42,281 nucleotides of DNA from a virus. Taxonomy: Duplodnaviria; Caudoviricetes. Positions within the stretch are counted from its first letter, which is position 1. Each line of letters opens with the position of its first letter. Made by a program: the position numbers and the translations under genes. Under the pieces are notes generated by a model, which worked only from the letters and a program-made list of their open reading frames with translations, did no database searches and was not told where the DNA came from. Of the stretch, positions 7,582-15,911 are shown piece after piece. The stretch covers positions 1 through 42,281 of the IMG/VR virus record IMGVR_UViG_3300032212_000040; one strand, 5' to 3'.

Positions 7582-8676
7582 ATGGCCGCACCAATTACTA
7601 ATGCTTCAGCTCTGAACAGCGATTTTGTTCAAAGTGAAGTTATGAAAGAAATGGTATATGAAAACACTCTATTCTTCCTAATGGGTTCTACAGCTAATTC
7701 ATCTATTCAGATGGTTAGCCGCCCTAAGAAGTCTGGAGATACAGTTCGTATTCCATTCCTAAACCAACTAAACGATTCTGCTACTTTGGGTTCTAGTCAA
7801 CTTCAAGGTAACACAGAAGACCTTAGTTATGTAAGTGACACAGTTACGATCGATTACGTTCGTTACGGTGTTAAAATCGAAGACTTAGATTTGACAGAAG
7901 AGCGTGCTCCTTTCCAAATCTTTAACGAAGCTCGTCCTCTTTTGGTTACAGCAGGTGCTCAGCACTTACGTGACCACATCATCGACGAACTTGGTGATGT
8001 ATCAGAAGGCCGTAGCCGTAACCGCTACCTATACGGTGCTGCTGATGCTAACTGGAATGCTACACATGCTACAGCTCTAGCTAACATCGACACTACAGCT
8101 GACAAGATGACTTTCGAAATCATCGATGAGATGAAAGAAAAAGCTGACCTTGGTGGTAACACATCTGGTTTAGCAGTTTCTCACCGCATCCGTCCTTACC
8201 GTCAGGTAATGGATAACGGTGCTATCTCTAACATGTACGTATTGCTTCTACACCCAACAGCTGCTCGTCAGCTTCGTGCAGACCCTCTATACCAAAACAT
8301 TGCACTCTACCGTAATGAGCAGAATGCTCCTAAATTGGTAGATGGCTCTCGTTACATGGGTCAGTACAACGGTGTACTACTTTACCAACTAGATGAGCTT
8401 GCTCGTCTTGCAGACAACACAGCAGTTTACAACGGTGGGTACACACGTACTGACTTGACAACTGCAGGTGCTTCTAGTTCAGCAGTTGTTCACAACTTGC
8501 TACTTGGCGCACAAGCTGTTGCTGTGGTACAAGGTATGATGCCTCGTTTTGATGAAGAAGCTACAGACTTCAAACGTAACCGTGAAGTTGCCTTCACTGA
8601 GTTGCGTGGAGTTGAGAAGCTTGTATTCAACAGTGTTGATAACGGTGTTCTACACTGCTTCACATCTAAAGGTTAA
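7582..8676 (+). CDS. Major capsid protein (N4 gp56/P22-coat-like)
   Basis: KSGDTVRIP, L.GNTEDL, YVLLLHP....LR.D, G.YNGV and LLGAQA motifs; strong AAGGAG RBS. Confidence 0.92.
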   Translation: MAAPITNASALNSDFVQSEVMKEMVYENTLFFLMGSTANSSIQMVSRPKKSGDTVRIPFLNQLNDSATLGSSQLQGNTEDLSYVSDTVTIDYVRYGVKIEDLDLTEERAPFQIFNEARPLLVTAGAQHLRDHIIDELGDVSEGRSRNRYLYGAADANWNATHATALANIDTTADKMTFEIIDEMKEKADLGGNTSGLAVSHRIRPYRQVMDNGAISNMYVLLLHPTAARQLRADPLYQNIALYRNEQNAPKLVDGSRYMGQYNGVLLYQLDELARLADNTAVYNGGYTRTDLTTAGASSSAVVHNLLLGAQAVAVVQGMMPRFDEEATDFKRNREVAFTELRGVEKLVFNSVDNGVLHCFTSKG

Positions 8677-8684
8677 TTGGGAGA

Positions 8685-9029
8685 ATGCTCATGCGTAAAT
8701 TGCTAAGTATTCTTGCTGTTGTTGGGGGCGTATTATTCGCCTCTGACTCGGCAGCCCAAGTAGCTGCTACAACTGTATTTGTTGACGCACCCTACAATGT
8801 AGGTGTACGCCCAACATTCACTACATACAGCGGTACTGCTACAGCCGCTTCTAACACAATCACTCTTGAAGTTCCTAACAGTGCTGCTGTTAATAGCTTT
8901 AACCTTGATGCACGTACCAGTGCAGGTGTTGGAAAAGCTGTGACAGCAACAATCAGTGCTGGCGTTATCACTGTGCAGGGAACTGCATCTGGTGACATCC
9001 TCACTGTATTTGCACCACTAAATTACTAA
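8685..9029 (+). CDS. Beta-rich protein with an N-terminal signal peptide, resembling the next gene
   Basis: MRKLLSILAVVGGVLFASDSAA|Q; GGGAG RBS (start may be ATG 8691). Confidence 0.7.
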   Translation: MLMRKLLSILAVVGGVLFASDSAAQVAATTVFVDAPYNVGVRPTFTTYSGTATAASNTITLEVPNSAAVNSFNLDARTSAGVGKAVTATISAGVITVQGTASGDILTVFAPLNY

Positions 9030-9041
9030 AGGAGTAATATT

Positions 9042-9359
9042 ATGTTACAAAACGTAACTCAAATCACTATGGCTGCTGGTGGAACAGAAGATTCTAGTTC
9101 TACAGAAGTTGGCGCTATGGAAATCATCAAAGTTGATGCAACAGCCGTTACAGGTACAACTTGTACGTTTGAAGCTCGCCACGTTAAAACAATCACAGGA
9201 GTTGTAGTTGTAGAACTTGACTCTGGTGGTAATGTTTCAACATCAGACATGGACGTAACTTGGAGCGGAAACGATGTAACAATCGCTGACGGTACATCTT
9301 ATGACCTATCTGCTACTGGTGATAACATCACACTATTGGTTTTCGGCGTAAGCAGTTAA
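9042..9359 (+). CDS. Putative capsid decoration/minor structural protein
   Basis: Thr/Val-rich beta protein after MCP; AAGGAG RBS; followed by a terminator. Confidence 0.65.
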   Translation: MLQNVTQITMAAGGTEDSSSTEVGAMEIIKVDATAVTGTTCTFEARHVKTITGVVVVELDSGGNVSTSDMDVTWSGNDVTIADGTSYDLSATGDNITLLVFGVSS

Positions 9360-9373
9360 TCTAATGGAATGGC

Positions 9374-9396
9374 AAGGCTGCTCTAAGCAGCTTTGC
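9374..9396 (+). terminator. Probable terminator after the capsid genes
   Basis: GCTGC-TCTAA-GCAGC hairpin followed by TTT. Confidence 0.45.
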
Positions 9397-9431
9397 TCTC
9401 TTCCTATTTATTCAATTTATACGAGGTTGTT

Positions 9432-10067
9432 ATGGACGTTAATTCAATAATTTCACAGATTGCCTACCTATCTCTAGATGAAGATAGTCCTAGCAGTGCA
9501 ATGCAAACACGTATCTTAGCATACGTTAATAATGCTTATAGAGAAGCTTTCAGACAAACTGCAGCTGCAAACAAGCAAAACCTCATGACTACAGAAACCG
9601 TTACAATCACGAGTGGAGCCGGAACTATGACGGCAAGTCCATTTAAGATTGAGCAGGTTGTGGATACAGGTCAAGACTTTGTCCTATCCCCTTCTACAAT
9701 ATTAGAAGTTGAGCAGAGAGACAGAGAACTAGATGACTCTGGTAATCCAACTGTCTACTACATGACTGGTGAGCAAGATATTAACACTCACCCTATTGAT
9801 TCTACATCGCTCCGTGTTAGGTACATCCCTGACTACGTTGAGCTTGCCGTTGACGGCGCAGAGAGCACTATTAAACTACCTAGGTCTTACCATGACCTAT
9901 TAGTTGATGGTGCTTTATTTTACATGTACCAAGACGAACGTGATGTTCGTGCAATACAGGAAATTAATGCAGCCAAGACATTATTTGATATTAAACTAAA
10001 TGACGTTAAGCGTTACTTAACATCACAGAACAAAAAGCGTAAGAGAGTGGTAGGAGCCTACTATTAA
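9432..10067 (+). CDS. Head-tail adaptor (tail tubular protein A-like)
   Basis: Y.N.AY, G.PT.YY, I..HP, LP..YHDLLVDGAL motifs; GAGG RBS before ATG 9432. Confidence 0.75.
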   Translation: MDVNSIISQIAYLSLDEDSPSSAMQTRILAYVNNAYREAFRQTAAANKQNLMTTETVTITSGAGTMTASPFKIEQVVDTGQDFVLSPSTILEVEQRDRELDDSGNPTVYYMTGEQDINTHPIDSTSLRVRYIPDYVELAVDGAESTIKLPRSYHDLLVDGALFYMYQDERDVRAIQEINAAKTLFDIKLNDVKRYLTSQNKKRKRVVGAYY

Positions 10068-11881
10068 TGAGTAAGCGTACTGGACTATTCAGACAGATAA
10101 ACATCCCTTCTCCAAAAGGGCTTATGAATACAGCAATATCCCCTCAAGTGTTAAACACAAAGTTTGCACGTTACATTGAGAATATGCTGCCTTCCTCTGC
10201 TACAGCAGGAGCTTTAGCTAAGAGGTTTGGAACGGCTACACTAGGTGATGTCATCACAGGTGAAGACATAGAACGTCTTATGTGGTATGTTAAGAGTGAC
10301 GGTACGTTACAAATCCTAGCATACACAGATGCTGGCGCTATTAAGACACTTAACGAAGGCACAGGTGCTTGGACTAATGTTAAGACAGGGTTGACAACAA
10401 CAGGTGTTGTTCGCTGGTGTCATTTTAACGGTAAGCTGATTATCTGTAATGGTGTTGATTTGTGTATGTCTTGGGACGGCACAACAATGACAGACTTAGC
10501 TGAATGGGTGGAAGATGCTGCCGCATCTAATTACACACAATCTAGTACGAGTGTCATCACTATAGACCCCGGAACTAGAGGTGGTGCTGGTGGAAATGCT
10601 GATTACCCAGATGGTAGAAATATTAGGGTTACGTTTGATACAGCTGGTGCAGTGGAAGCTGTTATTAGCAGTACAAGCTACGCAGACCCTACACTAACAA
10701 TCACTGCTACAGGAACACCATTCCCCTCTCCTAGTGAGACAATCACTAAAGTTGAATACGAAGATAATCCACCTGCATTTAGTTTCATCTACCCTCAGCA
10801 TGATAGATTGTGGGCCCTAGCCCCTAAACAACTTAAAGCCTCTGACTGGGATGCTGCAGAAGCAGATAGAATGGATGTATTCTTTACAGACATCTCTAAT
10901 TCTGAGAATGCTTGGTTTGATGCTACAACACAAGAAGTGGGCTTCCTAAATCTATTAGATAAGCACGCTGTCGCTGACCAACTAGAAGGTATTTCAGCCA
11001 TTGATGGTAATCTAATCTTCTTAGGTAGGAATAAGCTACAGATATGGGCTGGAGTAGACCCTACAGCTCTCGGAGACCTATCTTGGGTTAAAACAATTCC
11101 TGTTGGATGTATCCATGGTGACCTCATACAAGAGTTCCCAAGAGATGTCCTATTTATGACGCGCTATGGTGCTAGAAGTGTACGCACAGTGTTCCAGACA
11201 GAAGGTATTGAAGCCTCACCAGACATAGGAACAAACATAGACCCTACAGTTCAAGCAGATGTGGACACTCTCGTATCCTCTGATGCGAATTATAAGCTGG
11301 CTCGTTCTTTCTTCTACGAAAGGGATGGGTTCTTCGGATTTAGAATAGGATCAAAGCCTCTCATATACGTCCTAACCGAAGAAAGTAAAGGGTGGGTTGT
11401 TTTTTCTGGTACATTCGAAGACTTAGGAGACAGCCTGTCTCTTCCAGATGGACGACTAATCGTAGCTAAAGGAACCCAGCTTTACACCTACGACAATGGG
11501 GCAGATGGCGGAACACCGACATATGGTGATGACGGAACAGCTATTAGAACAGCTTGGTGGACTCCTTGGATTACTCCGGGCGGTACATGGTCAAACCGCT
11601 ACTTCCAACTTCTTATAGAACCGGGAAGCGCAGCTATAGATGCTATTCTTAGACGTTCTAAAGATAACAACTCTGCTCAAGTGAAAGACCTCACTATTGA
11701 GGTGAACACATCTCAACCTACATGGGGTGAAGCACAATGGGGAACCTCTACATGGGGAGCTCGTGAAGCACAAGCAGAAGAGCGAGATAAGTTTATAGCC
11801 TATTCATTCGCATTAAGACTTGAAACTAACACAACCACTGGCGGCATAGAAGTTGTCGGTATTAAATCATTAGGAACATAA
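10067..11881 (+). CDS. Tail nozzle/packaged-DNA stabilisation protein (P22 gp10-like beta-propeller)
   Basis: KR.GT, FNGKLIICNG and HDRLW motifs; size and position. Confidence 0.75.
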   Translation: MSKRTGLFRQINIPSPKGLMNTAISPQVLNTKFARYIENMLPSSATAGALAKRFGTATLGDVITGEDIERLMWYVKSDGTLQILAYTDAGAIKTLNEGTGAWTNVKTGLTTTGVVRWCHFNGKLIICNGVDLCMSWDGTTMTDLAEWVEDAAASNYTQSSTSVITIDPGTRGGAGGNADYPDGRNIRVTFDTAGAVEAVISSTSYADPTLTITATGTPFPSPSETITKVEYEDNPPAFSFIYPQHDRLWALAPKQLKASDWDAAEADRMDVFFTDISNSENAWFDATTQEVGFLNLLDKHAVADQLEGISAIDGNLIFLGRNKLQIWAGVDPTALGDLSWVKTIPVGCIHGDLIQEFPRDVLFMTRYGARSVRTVFQTEGIEASPDIGTNIDPTVQADVDTLVSSDANYKLARSFFYERDGFFGFRIGSKPLIYVLTEESKGWVVFSGTFEDLGDSLSLPDGRLIVAKGTQLYTYDNGADGGTPTYGDDGTAIRTAWWTPWITPGGTWSNRYFQLLIEPGSAAIDAILRRSKDNNSAQVKDLTIEVNTSQPTWGEAQWGTSTWGAREAQAEERDKFIAYSFALRLETNTTTGGIEVVGIKSLGT

Positions 11882-11882
11882 T

Positions 11883-12962
11883 ATGAGCACAAGATTTACA
11901 CGTCCAGCCGCAGCTTACGATAGTACATCAGTTACAACCAATAAAGATAAGTATCAGAATGATGATGCTAGTGAAGTGGCAATTGATGCACCAAAGGTTG
12001 ACGGGGATATTAACAACCTGATTGACGCGGTTAACGCTCTAGATGATGATGTAGGTGCTGTTGTTGCAGGGGCTCTTCCTTCTCAGAGTGGTAACTCTGG
12101 TAAGATGATTACAACCAACGGTACAACAGCTTCATGGGTTTTTGTAGACACAGCTAATATTGCAGCAGATGCTATTACAGCAGACGAGATACAAGACGGG
12201 TCTGTTAATGCTGCCGAACTTAACACTAATGCTGTTACAACAGTTAAAATAGCAGACGCTAATGTTACAACAGCTAAGATAGCTGATGATGCTGTAACAC
12301 TAGCTAAACTAGATGCTGGTACAGCAGGTAATTTGATTACATACGATGCTTCTGGTGACCCAGCAGCTGTATTAACAGGTAGTACTAACCAAGTGTTAAC
12401 AAGTAATGGAGCAGGAGCTGCTCCAACATTTCAAGATTTAAACCCAGGGTTAACATTATTAGCAACAGCGAGTGCCAGTGCAAGTGCATCTGTCGAATTT
12501 ACAAGCGGTATTGATAGTACATATGACCACTATATAATTGAGATTGCTAACTTAACAACATCAAACAATGGTGCTTTGGAGTTACACTACTCAACTGACG
12601 GCGGCTCTACTTACCTTTCCAGTGGCTATGGATATGCAAACCATCACATGTTTGCCTCTACAGGCGCGGCAGTAGCAAATTCTGCTTCTTTCCCGTATAT
12701 ACCTTTAACTAACAATTTAAGTACCACAAGTGGTCTAGCTTCTTCTGGTATCGTACACCTATTCGAACCCTCTAATACTTCTAGTGAAACTTATACGATT
12801 ATAGATTTTATAAACTGGTCTGGTTCTTCTGGTAACCTACTCATAAATCACGTAGGGGGTACAAATAGTACAACTTCCGCAGTAACGGCTGTAAGATTTG
12901 TTAAAACTTCTGGTACTATTACAACGGGTGGATTTAAACTATACGGGGTGAGGAAGTCATAA
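11883..12962 (+). CDS. Tail fibre protein
   Basis: AVTTAKIAD repeats, QVLTSNGAGAAPTFQ, C-terminal GIDSTYD.Y...G.FKLYG head. Confidence 0.85.
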   Translation: MSTRFTRPAAAYDSTSVTTNKDKYQNDDASEVAIDAPKVDGDINNLIDAVNALDDDVGAVVAGALPSQSGNSGKMITTNGTTASWVFVDTANIAADAITADEIQDGSVNAAELNTNAVTTVKIADANVTTAKIADDAVTLAKLDAGTAGNLITYDASGDPAAVLTGSTNQVLTSNGAGAAPTFQDLNPGLTLLATASASASASVEFTSGIDSTYDHYIIEIANLTTSNNGALELHYSTDGGSTYLSSGYGYANHHMFASTGAAVANSASFPYIPLTNNLSTTSGLASSGIVHLFEPSNTSSETYTIIDFINWSGSSGNLLINHVGGTNSTTSAVTAVRFVKTSGTITTGGFKLYGVRKS

Positions 12963-13225
12963 TGAAAAAAGCCATAGCAACACCGGTAGGTGAACCAACT
13001 AAACATGTTAATATGAAACAAGCAGAGGTGATTGCAAGAGCCGCTGAGGAAGCTGCTTCAATCGCAGCACAAGCTGAGGAGGCTCCTATTCTAGCCCGTA
13101 AGGCTGAATACGAGGCTAAGGGTTGGATTACAGCCTTTGATTTGGTTGAAGATATGCTCGACAGAGGTATTGACACTATCAAATCTGAAAGAGCTGCAAT
13201 AAAAGCTAAACATCCTAAGAAATAA
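12962..13225 (+). CDS. Putative tail fibre chaperone/assembly protein
   Basis: Follows the fibre; RKAEY and IKAKHPK end typical of such partners. Confidence 0.6.
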   Translation: MKKAIATPVGEPTKHVNMKQAEVIARAAEEAASIAAQAEEAPILARKAEYEAKGWITAFDLVEDMLDRGIDTIKSERAAIKAKHPKK

Positions 13226-13253
13226 AGTAATACATTTTTAATGTATTATTTCC

Positions 13254-13282
13254 TTGACAAATAGACATTTCTGTGATATAAT
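13254..13282 (+). promoter_or_regulatory. sigma70 promoter of the ejection-protein operon
   Basis: TTGACA-17 nt-TATAAT with extended TG. Confidence 0.85.
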
Positions 13283-13287
13283 GGCCT

Positions 13288-13692
13288 ATGTCTTGTTTAT
13301 CTAAGATGACCTCCACAGAACTTAATATTGTCAGAAATCGGCTAGATGCTGACCTATTCCCTAATTTAGGGGAAGATGGTGACAATGTCTTTAAAATAGA
13401 TGTTAATGGTGAATTAGCAGGAGCCATTAATATATCTCACGAAACAGCCAGCGATGTTTGTTATTTCGAGATATTTGTATTCCCTGAGTATGAGAGTCAG
13501 TGGGCTACGAGAGGTTTTCTAAAACAGCTATATTCTATAGCTTTCAATGATTTTAATGTGAATAGTGTTTGCACAGTGTCTAAAAACCCTAAGATTGGTA
13601 AGATGATGGCACAAGAAGGATACACAGCTTTTCATATAGACGAGACGGGGATTCACTTCGTCTTACACAAAGATAAATGTAGATGGATATAA
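13288..13692 (+). CDS. GNAT-family acetyltransferase-like protein
   Basis: EIFVFPEY..QWATRGFLK.L...AF and N......EGY pattern; usual position before podovirus ejection proteins. Confidence 0.65.
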   Translation: MSCLSKMTSTELNIVRNRLDADLFPNLGEDGDNVFKIDVNGELAGAINISHETASDVCYFEIFVFPEYESQWATRGFLKQLYSIAFNDFNVNSVCTVSKNPKIGKMMAQEGYTAFHIDETGIHFVLHKDKCRWI

Positions 13693-13695
13693 AAC

Positions 13696-14526
13696 ATGGG
13701 TAAGAAATCACCAAGCACTCCGCCACCACCACCACCAGTGGAAACACCAGACTTCATTAGTGAAATCTCAGGTGTACGCCGTAGAGTTGTTAAAGATGCT
13801 AGTGGTAGAGAGACAATCATTGAAGAACGTCTACCTCTAACACCAGAAGAACAAGCAGCAGCAGATAAGCTAACAGAACTACAAGAGAGCAATCTAGCTC
13901 GTATTGAAGAACTATCAGGTTTCACCTCTGCTTTAGACATCCCTGAGTTTCAGGACACTATTGAGGCTTTTAGAAGTCAACAATTACGTTCATTTGAAGA
14001 TACAGCAGAACTTGTGACAACAACACAAGAAGAAGCTCTAGCTCGTAGAGGGCTTTCAGAGAGCTCAGCAGGTATTGGCGTTAGAACAGCTCGTGAAGCA
14101 GAATTTAGACAAGAACTACGTGGTATTGACGAGAGTACTCGTCTAGCCGCTGAAGGTTTACGTCAAGAAGGTATTAGTAGAGCTCAGAATCTATTTGGTA
14201 TTGCTACAGGCAGAGAAGATGTTCTTTATTCAAGATTTGCAGAATCACTTGGTCGTGGGCAATCTGGAGCATTAGCTCAACAACAGATAATGGGCCAACA
14301 GCAACAGCAACAATGGCAGAATCAATTAGCTATTGCTCAGATGAAGCAGAAAGCTGCATTAGGTACAGCTAAACTTGTTGGTACATTAGCGGGGGCAGCC
14401 ATTGGTGGTCCTATTGGTGCCAGCATTGGTGGGAGCTTGTTTGGAGGCGGGGCTGGTGAAGCCGGAGCACCTAACGTAGACGTTGGTGCCTCTAAATTTA
14501 GCTCAAGCAGAACATTTGGTTTTTAG
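13696..14526 (+). CDS. Internal virion/ejection protein
   Basis: MGKKSP-polyPro start, LARRGLSESS, Gly-rich GAAIGGPIGASIGG end. Confidence 0.75.
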   Translation: MGKKSPSTPPPPPPVETPDFISEISGVRRRVVKDASGRETIIEERLPLTPEEQAAADKLTELQESNLARIEELSGFTSALDIPEFQDTIEAFRSQQLRSFEDTAELVTTTQEEALARRGLSESSAGIGVRTAREAEFRQELRGIDESTRLAAEGLRQEGISRAQNLFGIATGREDVLYSRFAESLGRGQSGALAQQQIMGQQQQQQWQNQLAIAQMKQKAALGTAKLVGTLAGAAIGGPIGASIGGSLFGGGAGEAGAPNVDVGASKFSSSRTFGF

Positions 14527-14534
14527 GAGACAGT

Positions 14535-15911
14535 ATGGCAGACAGTACAGCACAACTAATGAAGCTTTTATCTGAACGTGGTAAAGTTAAGACAGCAGAA
14601 GAGCTCCTAGGTGAACAGGCTACAGGTTTAGCTGAAGCAGCAGGTCCACAAGAAACAATTGGAGGAGCTTTAGTTGAAGGTGCTTTAGGTGGTTTTGGTG
14701 TAGCCAAAACAGCTGAAGGTGCTAAGAAACGAAGCAAGCGTCAAGAAGCTATTGATGGTAAGATTGAACATCAGCTATTAGTTCAAGCTCACACAGAACA
14801 AGAAAAAGCTAAAGCTGAACAAGTTATGAAGGCTAAGGCCGTTCAACTTAAGAATCAGGAATACATTGATGTTTCTGTTGGTAGTGCATTAGCACTCCCT
14901 GTAGCACAACAAGGTGATGCTATTTTAGGTAAGCTTATGGCTAATGATGAAATTAGGAACATAGCTGTACAAGACTTAGGCTTTAGCCCTACATCAGCAC
15001 GTAGCACAGGTAGGGACGGTGAGTTTGTATTTGAAGATGCTCAAGGGAATAGCGAAGTTATGTCTGTAATGAAACTTCTTAGCCCAGAGACACAAACACA
15101 AATTGCAGCTCTAAGAGCTAAACAGCAAAGTCTAACACTTGAAGGTAAGAAGACTTGGTTGGTGCAGGATGCTCAAGGCGGCACAACCACTGTATTTGGT
15201 TCATTAGAAGAAGCTACACAGCAGGGTAGAGTTATTGGTGAAACAGCCATTAAAACTGAGGCAACAGGTGAAGATGTAGGTTTGTTAGACCCTAAGAATA
15301 AGATTATTGGTGAGCAAGTTAAAGTGCTTACAGGTGCTAGACAATTAGAAGATGCTATTGCGAACGCAACCACTCTTATTCAAGAATCGCCTGAAGCAAC
15401 CACCTTTGCAGGTGTGTTACAGCGTACAGGAGCTCGTATTGGGGCATCTGTTGAAGCCCTCCTACCTATTTCTAAAGGTACGCCTTTTGAGGGCGCTCTT
15501 TCATTCATCAGCCAAGATGAGACTGGTGGAGAAGACTTTAATAAGGTGTTAAAAGCTAATTTAGCTGATAAAAAAGGTATGAAGAATAGCTACCAACTGG
15601 CTTTAGCTGAAACAACTATTGGTTACTTGAGAGCCGAAGCTCTCGACCCGGGTAAGAAAACAGATAAAGATATTGAACGTCTCTCTCCTAATCTAGCTGG
15701 TTTTGCTTCTCCAGAAGAAGCTATGGCTGGTTTAGACTTCATCACTAAAGAAGTACAGGGTAAGGTGGCTACAGCTATTGCTGTTGGTAAGGCAACAGAC
15801 CCCACCTTCGACCCTACACCGTTTGGTTACGGACCGAAGAGTGGATTTACAGATGAGAAGAGAAAGAGACTAGAAGAGCTTAGAGCTAAACAAGCAGCAG
15901 GAAAACTTTAA
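14535..15911 (+). CDS. Internal virion/ejection protein
   Basis: Ala/Gln-rich helical protein, position, AGGAG RBS. Confidence 0.65.
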   Translation: MADSTAQLMKLLSERGKVKTAEELLGEQATGLAEAAGPQETIGGALVEGALGGFGVAKTAEGAKKRSKRQEAIDGKIEHQLLVQAHTEQEKAKAEQVMKAKAVQLKNQEYIDVSVGSALALPVAQQGDAILGKLMANDEIRNIAVQDLGFSPTSARSTGRDGEFVFEDAQGNSEVMSVMKLLSPETQTQIAALRAKQQSLTLEGKKTWLVQDAQGGTTTVFGSLEEATQQGRVIGETAIKTEATGEDVGLLDPKNKIIGEQVKVLTGARQLEDAIANATTLIQESPEATTFAGVLQRTGARIGASVEALLPISKGTPFEGALSFISQDETGGEDFNKVLKANLADKKGMKNSYQLALAETTIGYLRAEALDPGKKTDKDIERLSPNLAGFASPEEAMAGLDFITKEVQGKVATAIAVGKATDPTFDPTPFGYGPKSGFTDEKRKRLEELRAKQAAGKL

